A stretch of DNA of 63,127 bases, the filler included, from Lenisia limosa (lineage: Eukaryota; Protista; Breviatea): the NCBI GenBank assembly GCA_001655205.1. It is 16 parts of 16 records of this genome, joined end to end, with 100 filler letters (N's around TTAATTAATTAA, not from the genome) between each part and the next. Parts side by side here need not be neighbours in the genome. Positions count along the whole stretch, not along the records: positions 35,394 to 37,138 come from LPNZ01000364.1; positions 37,239 to 40,531 come from LPNZ01005370.1; positions 40,632 to 49,664 come from LPNZ01008216.1; 13 more parts are not named here. The stretch is one strand, 5' to 3'. Under the pieces are notes generated by a model. The model had not been told where the DNA came from, did not search any database, and worked only from the letters and a program-made list of their open reading frames with translations. How positions within the stretch are numbered: the stretch's first letter is position 1; every line of letters begins with the position of its first letter. Shown piece by piece: positions 36,425-49,553 of the stretch. The translations under genes were made by a program, and so were the position numbers.

Positions 36425-37489
36425 CTATGATGCAATCCATTGCCAAACCACCCATATAACAACATGCATTCATGTAATTGACATGCAAACAAACCTTGGT
36501 GCAATGTAATATGAATAGATTATCTATCGCAATACATCAATGGTTTATCGAGAAATCCAGTCATTTTCTGGATCATAGTGAAGCCCTATTTACTCTAAGA
36601 TGCCTGAAATGAAGCTCTTGCTACGGTACATACGTCATTATTGACATATCTAGGATCCACACCAGTCTGAAGAAAGTGTTCCTTTTTGCCAGTATGGGTA
36701 TTAACAAATTCGCGAAAGTATGTGGCGGCGTTGTATGTTAAGAATGAAATAAAAGGTATATGATATAATATAGTATATAAATATTATTTTACTACATGTA
36801 TGCACGTATATATCGATATTATATGATATATAATTATATATATACTATATGATATCTATTATCTTATCAGATATCATATATGTTTATACTAGTATTATTA
36901 AAAAAAAAAAATATATATATATATATGTATATCGATATATTTCGATAGTTTACCAATCTTTTTCGGACCGGAGTGAAACCCTAATTGCATATAGTATATA
37001 TTGTATGTGGGTGGCTGGCCTCGGCCTGATACCATAACCAATATCGATATCCTTATTAACCGTTGGCGGCTTCGGCCTGATACTTCCTCGTTTTTATCTC
37101 ACTAACCCTGCAGGCTCGGCAATGAAGCTTTACAGCCANNNNNNNNNNNNNNNNNNNNNNNNNNNNNNNNNNNNNNNNNNNNTTAATTAATTAANNNNNN
37201 NNNNNNNNNNNNNNNNNNNNNNNNNNNNNNNNNNNNNNCACAAAATCAACTCTGCTGCAATATTTTAACAAACAGTTTGGAAAAATAAAGCAAAATAAGT
37301 GGTAAGAAATACAAACAAGCAGAAGAAAACAAAAACAAAATAACAGCCATTTTGCACTGAATCATACATGTGTAAGTGTTTATAATTCATATTTCTCATA
37401 ATGGTGTGACGAAAGTGTTATAGCAAATCCCATTATATGACTGAAGGGATTGAGTGGGGGAGTAGGGAATGTTGAATGATAATCACACA

Positions 37490-39950
37490 CCTTTTCTTTC
37501 TCACTTGAGGTAATTTCGGAAACTTCAGACTTTAAAACATCTAAACAATCAGAATTATACTGTGACATCTCAGGATATATTTGGTCGCGACTCAATTCAA
37601 ACCCCAAAAAGCCGAGCTTTATACTCATTCCCCCAAGCTGTTTGCCCTTCAAACTTTCCTGTTCTTCTTGTTGATGAAGTTTCTCCTTCTGAAGTTTATA
37701 AACGATTAAAACAAAACAAGCTGTGGACAAAAGGTAATAATAGTATGCCAGATACAACCTTGTTCTTATTTCTCACTGATAGTAAAATTTCACTCAATCA
37801 TTTTTCATTTGCCTTATTTTGTGCACACGTAATATGCAGCAAAATAAGAAACACAATTCCCCCACCTCTTCTTCTATTCGTTGTTCCTCCATCTGACGGT
37901 CCAATTCGGCCTGTTCAGCGGCCTTCTCTTTTGCCCTCTCCCGTCCAGGCCAGACAGGACCTGTTGGTGATGAACACAGGAGTATATCATATAATTTACT
38001 ACGTCTAGAGACGAGAAACACAGCTAGTAGTATCTGGCCAAAGAAGTCTACATCATCATGATTAGTATACTTCCATTGAGATAATATATTAACATATGAT
38101 ATGATATAGAAATGTGAAATTTTAACCTGCTTATTGAAATAGCAGATGAAAGAAGGACTGTTGATTAGTGATAGGACAGCTTAAAAAAGGAGAGGAAAGG
38201 GAAAACGTAATTCTACATCTTCCTTTCAATCTGTATTATTTAACTTCAATTCTTCTATTAATATCAGGATTTATCGAGAAATTCAGACTTTTTCGAACCG
38301 AAGTGAAGCCCTTATTGCAACCCATTAATATCCCATAACCCCCCCCCCTCTTTCGTATAACTCNNNNNNNNNNNNNNNNNNNNNNNNNNNNNNNNNNNNN
38401 NNNNNNNNNNNNNNNNNNNNNNNNNNNNNNNNNNNNNNNNNNNNNNNNNNNNNNNNNNNNNNNNNNNNNNNNNNNNNNNNNNNNNNNNNNNNNNNNNNNN
38501 NNNNNNNNNNNNNNNNNNNNNNNNNNNNNNNNNNNNNNNCAACAGGTAAAAGAGTATCAGAAACTGTTGATCCTAGTTTCAATAGAGACTTTACTGGAAT
38601 AACAAGAATGTGTTTCGTTGTTCTAAAGCTAGGTGGAGAAAACAGGCAATCCCCACCCACCGCCAAAACAGTTTTATCCGAGACAACAATCTCCTCCCTC
38701 CGGGATTCCTTTGGGGTCCGGGCCGGTTTAAGGCCTCGCCGCGTGCTTTTCCCGTCCTTTTTCGCTTGTTTCTCCTTGGGATCCTTTCTCAAGGGCTTGT
38801 CGGGGGCGGCGGTCGCGGGTTTATCGACNNNNNNNNNNNNNNNNNNNNNNNNNNNNNNNNNNNNNNNNNNNNNNNNNNNNNNNNNNNNNNNNNNNNNNNN
38901 NNNNNNNNNNNNNNNNNNNNNNNNNNNNNNNNNNNNNNNNNNNNNNNNNNNNNNNNNNNNNNNNNNNNNNNNNNNNNNNNNNNNNNNNNNNNNNCAAATA
39001 AAGCGCCAGTCGCTCCCATCACTCCAGCGGTAAAATTGGAAAATTAATGAAGCTGCCCTCCCCCCCATGAATCATCTGTGTTGGCTCCGCATTTGAAAAA
39101 CAGTCGCAGGTGGGAAATGTCACCGAATTGTGAAGGTATGATGTATTTCTATAGCATATATAGCTTCCATAGTATATATATGCCCATACCACGGTGCTTC
39201 CTCTTATAACTAGGGTGTCACTTCGGTACGAAAAAGACCGGTAAAATATCGATAGTTTTCGAGGATTTATCGAGATTTTCAGTCTTAAGCCCTACGTATA
39301 ACTACCCATGTTTACCTTGATATTCAATAGTTGAAGCAGATATACAGTGACCTGGATAAGTCTTGACCGATTTTCCTTGGGAAATCATGGTAAATTGGTC
39401 AAGACTTATCCCAGCCACGTATTTTAAACTTACCCCGTCATACCTTTTTTTCAGGCTCGGATACCTCAACGGATTTCTCGAAGATCCTGGGGTTGCGTAC
39501 ACCCCATGAAGAGCCTTCAGGAAGGGCTGGCTTCTCCGCCTTGGTCGTGATTTTGGTTAAGTAACACATACATGTACATGCATACAACATAAAATTTGAT
39601 GCATTATCATTATATGATGCAGAAGAAATAAAATAAAAATAAAAATAAAAAAACAACGTAGTATCTGGCAGAAGCAAATGCATATCGTATATTAGTACGC
39701 CAACCGATTGGGTTTCGGTTTCAGTTGCTGCGGGATCTTTTTGGATCTTCTTGCTCTTCATCTTCTCTTCCTTTCTCTTCTCTTCCTTTCGCTCTTCCCT
39801 CTTCCTTTTCTCCTCACGTTTTCTCTTCTCGTTCGCCCGTCTTAGCTCTTGCTCCTCCCTCTTCATCTGGTCGATTCTCCTTGCCTCCTCCTTCTTACGG
39901 GTGATTTCAGCTTGTTTTGCTTCCTCACGTTTGCTCTCAACCTTATAAGT
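37490..39950 (-). CDS. Lys/Glu/Arg-rich coiled-coil protein of unknown function (partial)
   Basis: Several exons with charged low-complexity frames (KREEQELRRANEKRKREE; DKPLRKDPKEKQAKK; RERAKEKAAEQAELDRQMEEQRIEEE) bounded by splice sites. Confidence 0.55.
39345..39419. mobile_element. MITE family B copy
   Basis: ta|CAGTGACCtGGATAAGTCTTGACCGATTT...TTGGTCAAGACTTATCCCAGCCAC. Confidence 0.8.
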
Positions 39951-39974
39951 AAGCGATGATTTACCCCAATATTA

Positions 39975-40233
39975 GGGCTTCCCTACAGTCCCAAAAAAGA
40001 CCGAATTTTTCGATAAATCCTCGATAAATATCGATATTTAAACGGTCTTTTTCGGACCGCAGCGAAGGTCTACCCCATTTTACAACATGACAATCTCCTA
40101 CCCCTCCTTCTCACCCCCTCCCCTCTTCACTATAATTTGAGCTTCACTTCGGTTCGAAAAAAGACTGAATTTCTCGATAAATCTTCGAAAACTATCGATA
40201 CTTTACCAGATTTTTTGAACCGAAGTGGAGCCC
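39975..40233. mobile_element. Two adjacent family A copies (A2 subtype 39975-40070, A1 subtype 40139-40233)
   Basis: A2 TIR GGGCTTCCCTACaGTCC; A1 TIR GCTTCACTTCGGTTCG; shared core GACTGAATTTCTCGATAAATC.TCGA.AA.TATCGATA. Confidence 0.8.
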
Positions 40234-40389
40234 TAACTATAACCCCCCCCCCCAACCTTGGCATTTGCTGCCATTCTCTTCTGACNNNNNNNNNNNNNNN
40301 NNNNNNNNNNNNNNNNNNNNNNNNNNNNNNNNNCATTCACTTGCGGCGGCTGATAGGAGTCAGTAATGGAGGAGATTAGGTATTAAGAG

Positions 40390-40530
40390 ATGGTGATGAT
40401 GACGACGATGATGGTGGTGATGATGGTGATGGTGATACTGACGATGATGGTGATACTGACGATGATGATGGTGATGATGATGATGGCGATAGTGATGATA
40501 CTGATGATGATGATGGCGATAGTGATGATA
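40390..40530. repeat. GAT-rich trinucleotide repeat (poly-Asp if coding)
   Basis: Imperfect (GAT/GGT/GAC)n tract at a contig end. Confidence 0.75.
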
Positions 40531-41206
40531 CNNNNNNNNNNNNNNNNNNNNNNNNNNNNNNNNNNNNNNNNNNNNTTAATTAATTAANNNNNNNNNNNNN
40601 NNNNNNNNNNNNNNNNNNNNNNNNNNNNNNNTCAACCACAGCATATCGTGGTAATACAGAGGATTTTGGCGTTAAGTAAAGACAGTCATTTCGAATCGCA
40701 ACAGCAGCTGACTTCACAGAGAGCCGCCTTCTTCCCGAGTTTATCTCCGAAGAAGTGTACAGCAAAAAGGCTGGCGTGATCACCGCCGAATCAGTGGGAG
40801 AGGGCTTCTAGGGGCTGAGGGCATACATATGATATTCTGGGCTGTTTTATGTGGACAGAGGTGGGGNNNNNNNNNNNNNNNNNNNNNNNNNNNNNNNNNN
40901 NNNNNNNNNNNNNNNNNNNNNNNNNNNNNNNNNNNNNNNNNNNNNNNNNNNNNNNNNNNNNNNNNNNNNNNNNNNNNNNNNNNNNNNNNNNNNNNNNNNN
41001 NNNNNNNNNNNNNNNNNNNNNNNNNNNNNNNNNNNNNNNNNNNNNNNNNNNNNNNNNNNNNTTTTGTTTCATTTTTCAATTTTTCTCCGTTAAAGTTGAG
41101 GATACTCTAGAATGCCTGATGAATTAATGTGTACTAAAAGAGCATATTTTGTTTGATGCATTTCTTGTCCACACCTCAATAACCCTTGTCCAATAACCCT
41201 TGGCAG

Positions 41207-41614
41207 GCTGAGCGCAAGGAGAGACTTGCGCGTTCACTGGAGGAGAGAAAGCAGAAGGAGGAGGAAGATAGGGCAGCCAAGAAGAAGGCATTTGAGGAGA
41301 AGAAGAGGCTGAGACTCGAGAAATTACGTATGCGGGGGGTGATCTGGTGTTATCATTTTATCGAATCGAATGCACGTGAAACATTGTCTTATTGCGGATT
41401 CATCCAGTATTATCTTGCTTTTGCGGATTCACCCAGTATTATTTTGCTTTTTTTTTTTTTTAGTTTTTTAACTCTTGCTTACCATTCAGAACAAGCCAAG
41501 AAAGAGGAAGAAGAGAAGAGGCAGCGTATTGAGAAGCTGTACAAACGCACAACAACTCGTCCCTCAATCTTCTACCTTCCCCACAAACCCTTCGTTGCTA
41601 AAATCGACCTCTAA
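41207..41614 (+). CDS. Acinus/pinin-like protein C-terminus with RNPS1-SAP18-binding (RSB) motif
   Basis: Last exon IEKLYKRTTTRPSIFYLPHKP resembles the Acinus RSB motif LDDLFRKTKAAPCIYWLP; preceded by a charged coiled-coil exon; stop TAA at 41612-41614. Confidence 0.65.
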   Translation, partial: AERKERLARSLEERKQKEEEDRAAKKKAFEEKKRLRLEKLRMRGVIWCYHFIESNARETLSYCGFIQYYLAFADSPSIILLFFFFSFLTLAYHSEQAKKEEEEKRQRIEKLYKRTTTRPSIFYLPHKPFVAKIDL

Positions 41615-42365
41615 TCACATTTCGTTACCCCCCCCCCCGCCTTTTGTTTTAATATATATTGTTTCACACATGTTAGAACTTGGAAGTACGTGTGTATTGT
41701 TTGTATATAATAATAATTTCAACATGTTACCAAATGTCAAATAATCAAGTAAAGACAAAAACAAAACAAAAAGCAGCACAATACAATTTCATCGTGAGAA
41801 ATATAGAATCACTCCTCGGGCGAGATGCGGTTTATGTTTGAAACTATTTTATGTTACTTACAAGCACCTACATCTATGTTCCCAATGGTACATTCACAAT
41901 TATGAATTTATTTTTACATTTCACCAATAGTCACGATCTGGATATCTATGATCGAAGTAGTCCTCCCTATCACAATAATGACGAATGTTGCTGCTTGAAA
42001 CCTGGAAAAATAACTGTACTCAAGGAATATTATGGTAAAAGTGCCGAGAAATGCACCTGGTTACCCAACTAACAGCATCTGGTTCAACTAAAATTTATAT
42101 CACAAGGGCTATATGTTCTTAAAACTCTTCCTACTTGTACATATACTATATATAACAAAAGGCTTATCAAAAGTCCACTCTTTGTAGGAGTAGTCGGTAC
42201 ATTTCATCAGCAATAAGCCCAACACCCAACACAAGTCAGTAACTGATCTGCAGGATCTTGTTCTTGTTGAAAAATTCTTCCTTGTTGTGTTCAGGTTGTG
42301 TTTTTGGCATCTGGTCACCCCAACACAGATAGAAAAATGCACCTGGAGATCTCCTGATCCCTAAG

Positions 42366-45300
42366 TTACTTCTGGGTGTGAAAAAGGCCATGTTGGGGTA
42401 ACCAGGTACACATAGTTGGGGTAACCAAGTGCTCATCCCAAAAGTCCCAGTTTACATGCACTGGTGGTGGCGCTTCATTCTCTTCGGCGCCATTGTCATC
42501 AGCGCCTAACTCAATACATAGTTCAGTGACAATTGAGTTCCCTTGTCGTCGTGCTAAGGAACATGCTGTTCGTTGATTCTGTGAGTATAAGGAAAAAGCT
42601 TCAATTAGTTTGACGTTATCACATTTGCAGCACAGATGGACAGGGAACAAAATCAAATATCAACATACTGCAGACATTATCCTTGGTATTAATATCAATG
42701 CCTTGTTCCACGAAGTACTTCAGCATATCAGAGTGGTTACTTACAGCAGCAACATGTATCAAAGAGCGCCCCTAAACGGATAAAAAAAGAAAGCAAAAAT
42801 GACTCCTAAAAGTGGAGTAAACTATATTATTTCTCTGTATAATATTATTACAATTGAGTTTACCAGTACATTTAAATGAGATTATATTACATGCAATATC
42901 ATTTTGTAATATGCAATGTTGGACATTATACTCTGACATATGAGTATCACTTCTCAGTATTCAGTGAGGGGATTCAGATAACAGTGATTATTCAGATCCT
43001 CTCTGGAACCCATTATTCATCACAATCCGGCCATATAAACCAGTTCTATTGACAATGGACGGTCAATAGTAAATGTTTCGAGATGTACCTTTTTGTCCTT
43101 GACATTGATGTCCATTCGACGTTGTTCTATAAGGTATCTGATCATCTCTAGATTGTTTCCTTCCGCTGCACCGAATAGAAGGGTCGATTGTAACTTGAAT
43201 ATAAGTCTATGAAGGAAGAGGTGAGCCCACTTGATTGTCATTTGCATTGATATTCGCACCAAAACGTTCCATTAAGTACTCAAGCATTTCGAGGGCTCCA
43301 TCTTTTTCCACTGCGCCTTTTTCAACAACAAAAGGTAATAAAGATGGCTAAAGAGTTAACTTTGTATGTTAGAATTCCAAGCTCAAATTTCTCAAATGAG
43401 AACAAGTTGTTGAAATAATAAATGAAAATTAATAGTTAATCAATCAAACATATGATATGTACACATACAAGTATCCAACAAAACATTGTGCAAGTTAAGA
43501 TTGCATTCCTCCCACTATGACTTCAGAAATGAATTCCATTCCTGCGCACTCCACTATGTACTTCATCAGTGCAGCTTTTCCGCTTCTTGCCAGATGTTTA
43601 AAGAGTAATTTGGTTTCATTCTTGGGGTGAAATATCAACAAATTTACCTTATTCTTCCAATTAATCGACAAGCCAGCATGTTCAATCAGATACTTCAAGA
43701 TCTCAAGGTTGCTTTTTTGAACAACAGTGACGAGGGTGGACTATACAAATGAGACACTAATAAGACTAAGAGAAAAATGCGCATTAGATAGTATAAGTAT
43801 AATGTGAATAACCTTTCATGTTTACGTAATGATGTACTTCAAGTCCCAAATACCCTCATGTTTCGAACTTGTCCACCGTTTTGGAGCAAAAATTTGACAA
43901 GCTTCAAACTGCCGTAAGCAATAGCTTTTTCGATAAATTGATCATTCTTTGAAGGCTATATGATATTAGGATGATTTCATAGAACATGTCAAGCATATGA
44001 TTGTTTACTCTCTTATTGCATACCAATATTTTAAGCTCAGTTTTGATGGTATGACTGGCATCAATCAGTAACTCGGCCATTTTGCAACTTCTCTGTTTGC
44101 TTCATTCAATGGCTGCCCTCCACTCTACAAGATGAATCAACTGTTATTTTGATACATGGACGATCATAATAACTATGATACCAAGTTAGAGCGGCGTTGA
44201 TGGTTTAGTGTGCGACTTCAGTTCACAATACGATTTATTATATGCATAGGATATCATGACCGATTTTTGAGTCGAAATGATGGAACAAAGATAACATGAG
44301 GGTTAATCTCTGATACTTCTCCCTCAACTATCATTCATGGATATGGGGTCGTGGAAAATGATTGTTCACACGTATAAACGCCGCGCAAGTGATATGATGA
44401 ATGTGGAATTCTTGTTTCCTCACAAAATTGAATCAAAACACCCACTTTGAGAGTTTTTGGAGTCAGTTGAACGATTCTACGTTCAAAATTGACATCATTG
44501 ATCTTCTCAAAGAGTTGACACTGTATTATTTAATAAAAGTAATAAATCTAAGATATCTGCTAATATTTTTGAAATGCAATAGATACCTCATCCCCTCTAC
44601 CAATGAACTAAATCCAATTTCATCAGAATCATAAGCCTGCAGAAGGAACCTCTTATTCAGATCTGCAAAATTTACAATGTTGGTCTCAACTGCTCTCCAG
44701 AATTTATCTGAAAACATATATGCCTAAGGAGTCAACTTTCAAATTCTAACAGTCAATTTGTTGTCGTTCATTTGAAGACCAGCACTCATGATATCGGCAA
44801 CAAATTTGTAATTCTTGGCTGTCAGAGCAGAGTACGTGAAAGTAGCCAAGGTATGGTTTGTCTGGAGGGTAGTTACGCGGGATATATTTTCAAAATGTTT
44901 TTATTCGAAACAAACCTCAAATTTTGAAACTTGATGAACTAGTTTCATGACCATTGAATTGTCATCAAAGTAGGATTTCTGAGAGAAATACTTGATAACT
45001 TCGAGTAACTAAATGTATTATTTATCACGGTATTTAAATAAAAACATACCTCCTGTTCGTTTTTGGCTAATCTAGGGTGACAAAGTACCATGAACTTTTT
45101 GACCCGAGTTTTTCTGGCCAAGTGGATCTGAAAATGTGAGAAAGTGTATTACCCATTTTGGGAACTGTCAAGTACTTTTCACTTTAATCTACAACCGTTA
45201 TATGGTATAAATGGTATAATTCAACAAAAAAATTACCTTTCCGCCTCATCAGAGATGGAATCACTTTCCGCCCCACCAATTCATCAGAGATAGGTATCAC

Positions 45301-47688
45301 TTTGAGAACGCTCGTAATCGCATCATTTGAACATCTGTCAAGAACCTAGGTAATAAAATTCAACCGTTGTCACAATGAACAGTCAAAGTTGATAATTATT
45401 GGTTCTAGACACTAATAAGGTGGAATCACTGTTTGCGACATTTAAGTCGGTTAAATTTTAATTTTGGGTGTCAATAAAAATGAAAACAAATCATAATAAA
45501 CAATAAAAAAATTCTACCTGTTGACACAGGTGACTTTCCCAGTCCATGTTATTGTACTGCCAAGCCCACGGAGAAGAGTTTTTCGTTATCAAATAACAAG
45601 TTCATCAAACAAAGCAAATCTCCTTGTTCTGCTTTAGAGACGCCCTCATCAATAGAGTTTGCAGATTCAAGAATCTGGAGGAATACCGTTTCTCCATTGA
45701 GAGACTCAACTGTTGCCTAGATTATTATGTTACTATTGCCGTGGGTATTATTCAGAAAGGTGTCGAATAAACCGAAGATGATGTAATCACAAACTACCGT
45801 TGAATCGACTGTGGCTCCGTGGGACTTGACAATAAACTTGACTCTATCGGATGGAAGATCTATGGAAGTTAATCAAATCGTACAGTGATATATTGACACG
45901 TTACCAACTTTTACACAGTGACATCATAAATGACCTGTCCTACCATTCTTATTATCCGATAGTACCAAAAAACAAGCTTTGAAGATGGTTTCACTGGGCT
46001 CAATCTAATGATAACCAATCATATGAAAAATGCTAAAATTTAATCCAGGAGCTAGGAGAATACAGTAAATACAAATCTTCTTTGATAATTTACACACTTA
46101 CCTTAATTTCCTTGGGCACAGGTAAAATAATTACAGTGACATTGACTTTGAGCTGTTTCAAAATCTTCCCCGAATTGTACACCTCTTTTTATCTAACACA
46201 AGATGTGGTCTTCAACTTTCGCCCAATAATTTTCACTGTAACTCTACGGGAGCCAAGCCATTTGATAAACTAAGGGCCTCGATATTAATGTGTTGACTCC
46301 ACAAACCTTCACGTTGTACTCCCCCTTGGCCATGGTTTTGAAGACAACTCTTACTAAATCTTTGCTTATCTGCAATTGGTGAATTACCAAGGTAGATGAT
46401 AAGATAATGGAAAGGATAATTGAGGTAATGTCAAAAATGTGTACCTTTTCTTGGGATTGTGGGGTGTCTTTGGGTTGTTCAGACATTTGGGGAGGGATTT
46501 GAGGGTGGTTTGTCATCGGGCCCTTCGACACGGAACAGAATTGCGGAGTCAAATCTCGAAGATTTTCAGGAGAGACTACGAATTCAGAAGTTTGAAGGTA
46601 ACAAGATATCACAGTGGAACATTTGAAGGTAACAGTGGAACATTTGAAGGTAACAGGATATCCCAGTGGAACATTTGAAGGTAACAGTGGAACATTTGAA
46701 GGTAAAGGATATCCCAGTGGAACATTTGAAGGTAACAGGATATCCCAGTGGAACAGTTAAAGGTAACAGTGGAACATTTGAAGGTAACAGGATATCCCAG
46801 TGGAACATTTGAAGGTAACAGTGGAACATTTGAAGGTAAAGGATATCCCAGTGGAACATTTGAAGGTAACAGTGGACATAAAAATATTTCCTAGATGAAG
46901 TAGTCAATGATGGAGGGGCTGAATAAGTATCCACAACCTTACATTTGGCTTCAGTTTTGTTAAAGTAAAGAAATACCGGCATTGTGTCGTGATTGAAGGA
47001 TGACAAAAGAGACCGGCCATTCAGCAAGTGGTTGTTGTAGGATATGAACTGTAAAGTAAAATAGAGCCAGAAACTCTCCTCGAATGTTACGCTATTACGC
47101 TTATTATCTATCTCACAACATTTGAATATTTAACACATACCAAGTTCTCTCTCTGAATTCCTGTGACAGCTTCCACCTGAGTGATGAACTCATCAATGTC
47201 AGGAAATGCGACAGGATCTGTATAGTGAAACGTAACCGGATTTATCATAGGTTTTCCTCGAGTCGATCATGGTTGAACCATATTCACTTATGATATGATC
47301 ATACAATATGACAGATGAAGTCGAACTGAAGAAGTGCGATGACCGCCAAGAGATGTGTCGGTTAATTATCATACGAGTGGATTGAGGCAATTTATCACTT
47401 TGTGTATTGTTTACACTTGCAAAAATGACTTAAAAAGATATATCATTTGAAGGACTTTTGAGTAGAGATTTCGAAAGACAATATCACAAAAGAATTATAC
47501 CAAATGTCAGGGTAGAAATGATGAACAACATTGGTTGGACAGGTGCCAAAAGTAGCAAGACCGCTCCAACTTTCTCCATCAATTAAAGGCTTTTGGATCG
47601 AGATTTTGGCCTCAGAGACGATAGGTGGGGAGTAAGATGCTTCACCCACCAGCACAAAGGGACGAGTCGCCATCTTGTTGACCTGCAT
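42366..47688 (-). CDS. Multi-exon protein: filamin-like Ig segment, BTB/BACK-like region, C-terminal ankyrin repeats (possibly degenerate)
   Basis: Ankyrin exons LLFGAAEGNNLEMIRYLIEQRRMDINVKDK, LIHVAAVSNHSDMLKYFVEQGIDINTKD, AIAYGSLKLVKFLLQNGG; VVFKTMAKGEYNVKVCG is filamin-like. The BTB/BACK assignment and start are tentative. Confidence 0.6.
46590..46876. repeat. Two-unit minisatellite (21 and 31 bp units) in intron of the ankyrin gene
   Basis: GAACATTTGAAGGTAACAGTG and GAACATTTGAAGGTAACAGGATATCCCAGTG interspersed, about 10 units. Confidence 0.9.
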
Positions 47689-48346
47689 GTTTCAGCTTAA
47701 ATTTGTGACACAGTTCAAGCAATGGTAATAGACTATTTAAGAATTATTCTTGATTGATTGACTGCATGCGCTTGTCATCACCCACCGTCACTCCTTCGCA
47801 ATTAGCAATAGCAGTAGTTCACGTTACAATCAATATTGAAGGTGAAGTTACTCGAATCCTTGATCCAATGTAATTGACAAATCGATTTGTTTTTCTGTTT
47901 TTTTTGAACGTTACTTATTTCAAAACAAGTTGATGGTTGATGGAAATAAAGGCAAAGCAGGTAAAGCAGCATAATGGGAGTCTATAACTACCGATCTAAG
48001 ATCTAGAGATGAATCCAAAGAGCCAACCAAGCCAACCTCCCAGCCTCCCAGTAGTTTGTTTTGTAGTTTTTTTCATTTTTTTCAGTTTTTTAATCATTTT
48101 CATTACCACGCTTAGCAATAAAAAGAGAAAAGATCGTTAAAAAACAATCAATCGTTGACAAAGTGCTTTTTGTCTTGTGAATCGCTTCTATTGTTCTTAA
48201 ACACTCATAACAAGCCTATAATTCCTTACTTAGCGTGAATACACCGGCAGCTGTAGCCATAATTGGCAGAAGTCTGCCGATCTTCTTCCACCCATTGGCC
48301 CACTTCTCTTTCTGTGTGTGCCTCCCTCCGTATTATCTTATAACAG

Positions 48347-49553
48347 ATGAATACAATGGAATCCGGTGAGATTGTGCTCTTCCGAGTAGACGGGATGACT
48401 TGCCAAGGATGTGTCAAGAAGATCACAAATGGTAGGCTCCTTGGAATAAGTGAGTTTATTCTTGCTACCATGTTCTGCGCAGTTATTTATTTGCATACAG
48501 TTTTGATATTCCCCGTTTTCTTTATTGTTTGCCGGGAATTTCATATTCAATGATATGTTGGCGTCATCATATGTTATTTGCTGACGGACTGGACTGTTTT
48601 TTTCTTCATCTCTCTCTCTATTTTCTTCATTAATATGGAATATTTCATTATAGTTTTCCTATTTTGCTAATATTATTACGATTTCAATTGTGTCACTTAG
48701 TGTTACCTGTTGTTTATTCTAGTTAGTAGTATAGGAAATCTTGAAGTACATTACTTGCTGAATTATCACCTTCATACCACATACATATGATATATTGCAA
48801 GTTTGGTGGGAGAGTTTTATTGAGAAATATTGTACATTCAGATTGTTATTACATGCAGCCATCAACGGTGTGGAAGGAGCCGAGGCGATAGAGGTCAACA
48901 AAGACACGTCATGCGCCACCGTACGTCTGCAGCCGGGGGTGTGTGGCTCCCTCGTGATACAGGCGGTTGTTGATGCCGGTAAAGCCGCTGCCAAGTGGAC
49001 GGACCAGGATGAACTGGGTGCTCAAACTGAAGGTGTGGAAGGTTGGTGGTGGTCTCAGACTGGGGAAATGCTCTTTTACAGTTTTTTTTTAATGATTCAC
49101 ATGTTAATGTGTGTGTATCAATATTGCATTACAGCAGGCAATTGTGTTCACATTTTTAAACTACAGGTTTTGTATTCAAGCATTTTCTGTTTAATCTTTT
49201 TCCAGCAGCCAGCCCCCGGGAGGCGAGAGAAGTCAAGTTCCGTGTTGATGGGATGACCTGCATGGGCTGTGTGAAGAAAGTCACTGATGGTATGATGATT
49301 AGAAATGAGATAGTATAATCATTTCTCTCTTATGATCACTAGTTGAACAACATTTTTAAATTAATCCAACCCAATGCAGCCATCAACGATGTGGAAGGAG
49401 CCGAGGCGATAGAGGTCAACAAAGACACGTCATGCGCCACCGTACGTCTGCAGCCGGGGGTGTGTGGCTCCCTCGTGATACAGGCGGTTGTTGATGCCGG
49501 TAAAGCCGCTGCCAAGTGGACGGACCAGGATGAACTGGGTGCTCAAACTGAAG
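48347..49553 (+). CDS. Tandem heavy-metal-associated (HMA) domain protein: copper chaperone or N-terminus of a P1B ATPase (3'-partial)
   Basis: Two metal-binding motifs FRVDGMTCQGCVKKI and FRVDGMTCMGCVKKV, each followed by an exon AIN(G/D)VEGAEAIEVNKDTSCATV..VVDAG. Confidence 0.85.

Noticed and set aside
34412-37135. Candidate exons of one or two genes, WD40-like in places
   Set aside because: Frames could not be resolved or assigned and a spacer splits the region; not reported as a feature.
46584-47027. 147-aa ORF with LQMFH repeats, and CRISPR-like appearance of the tandem repeats
   Set aside because: The ORF is a translation of an intronic minisatellite; there are no unique spacers or cas genes and the context is eukaryotic.
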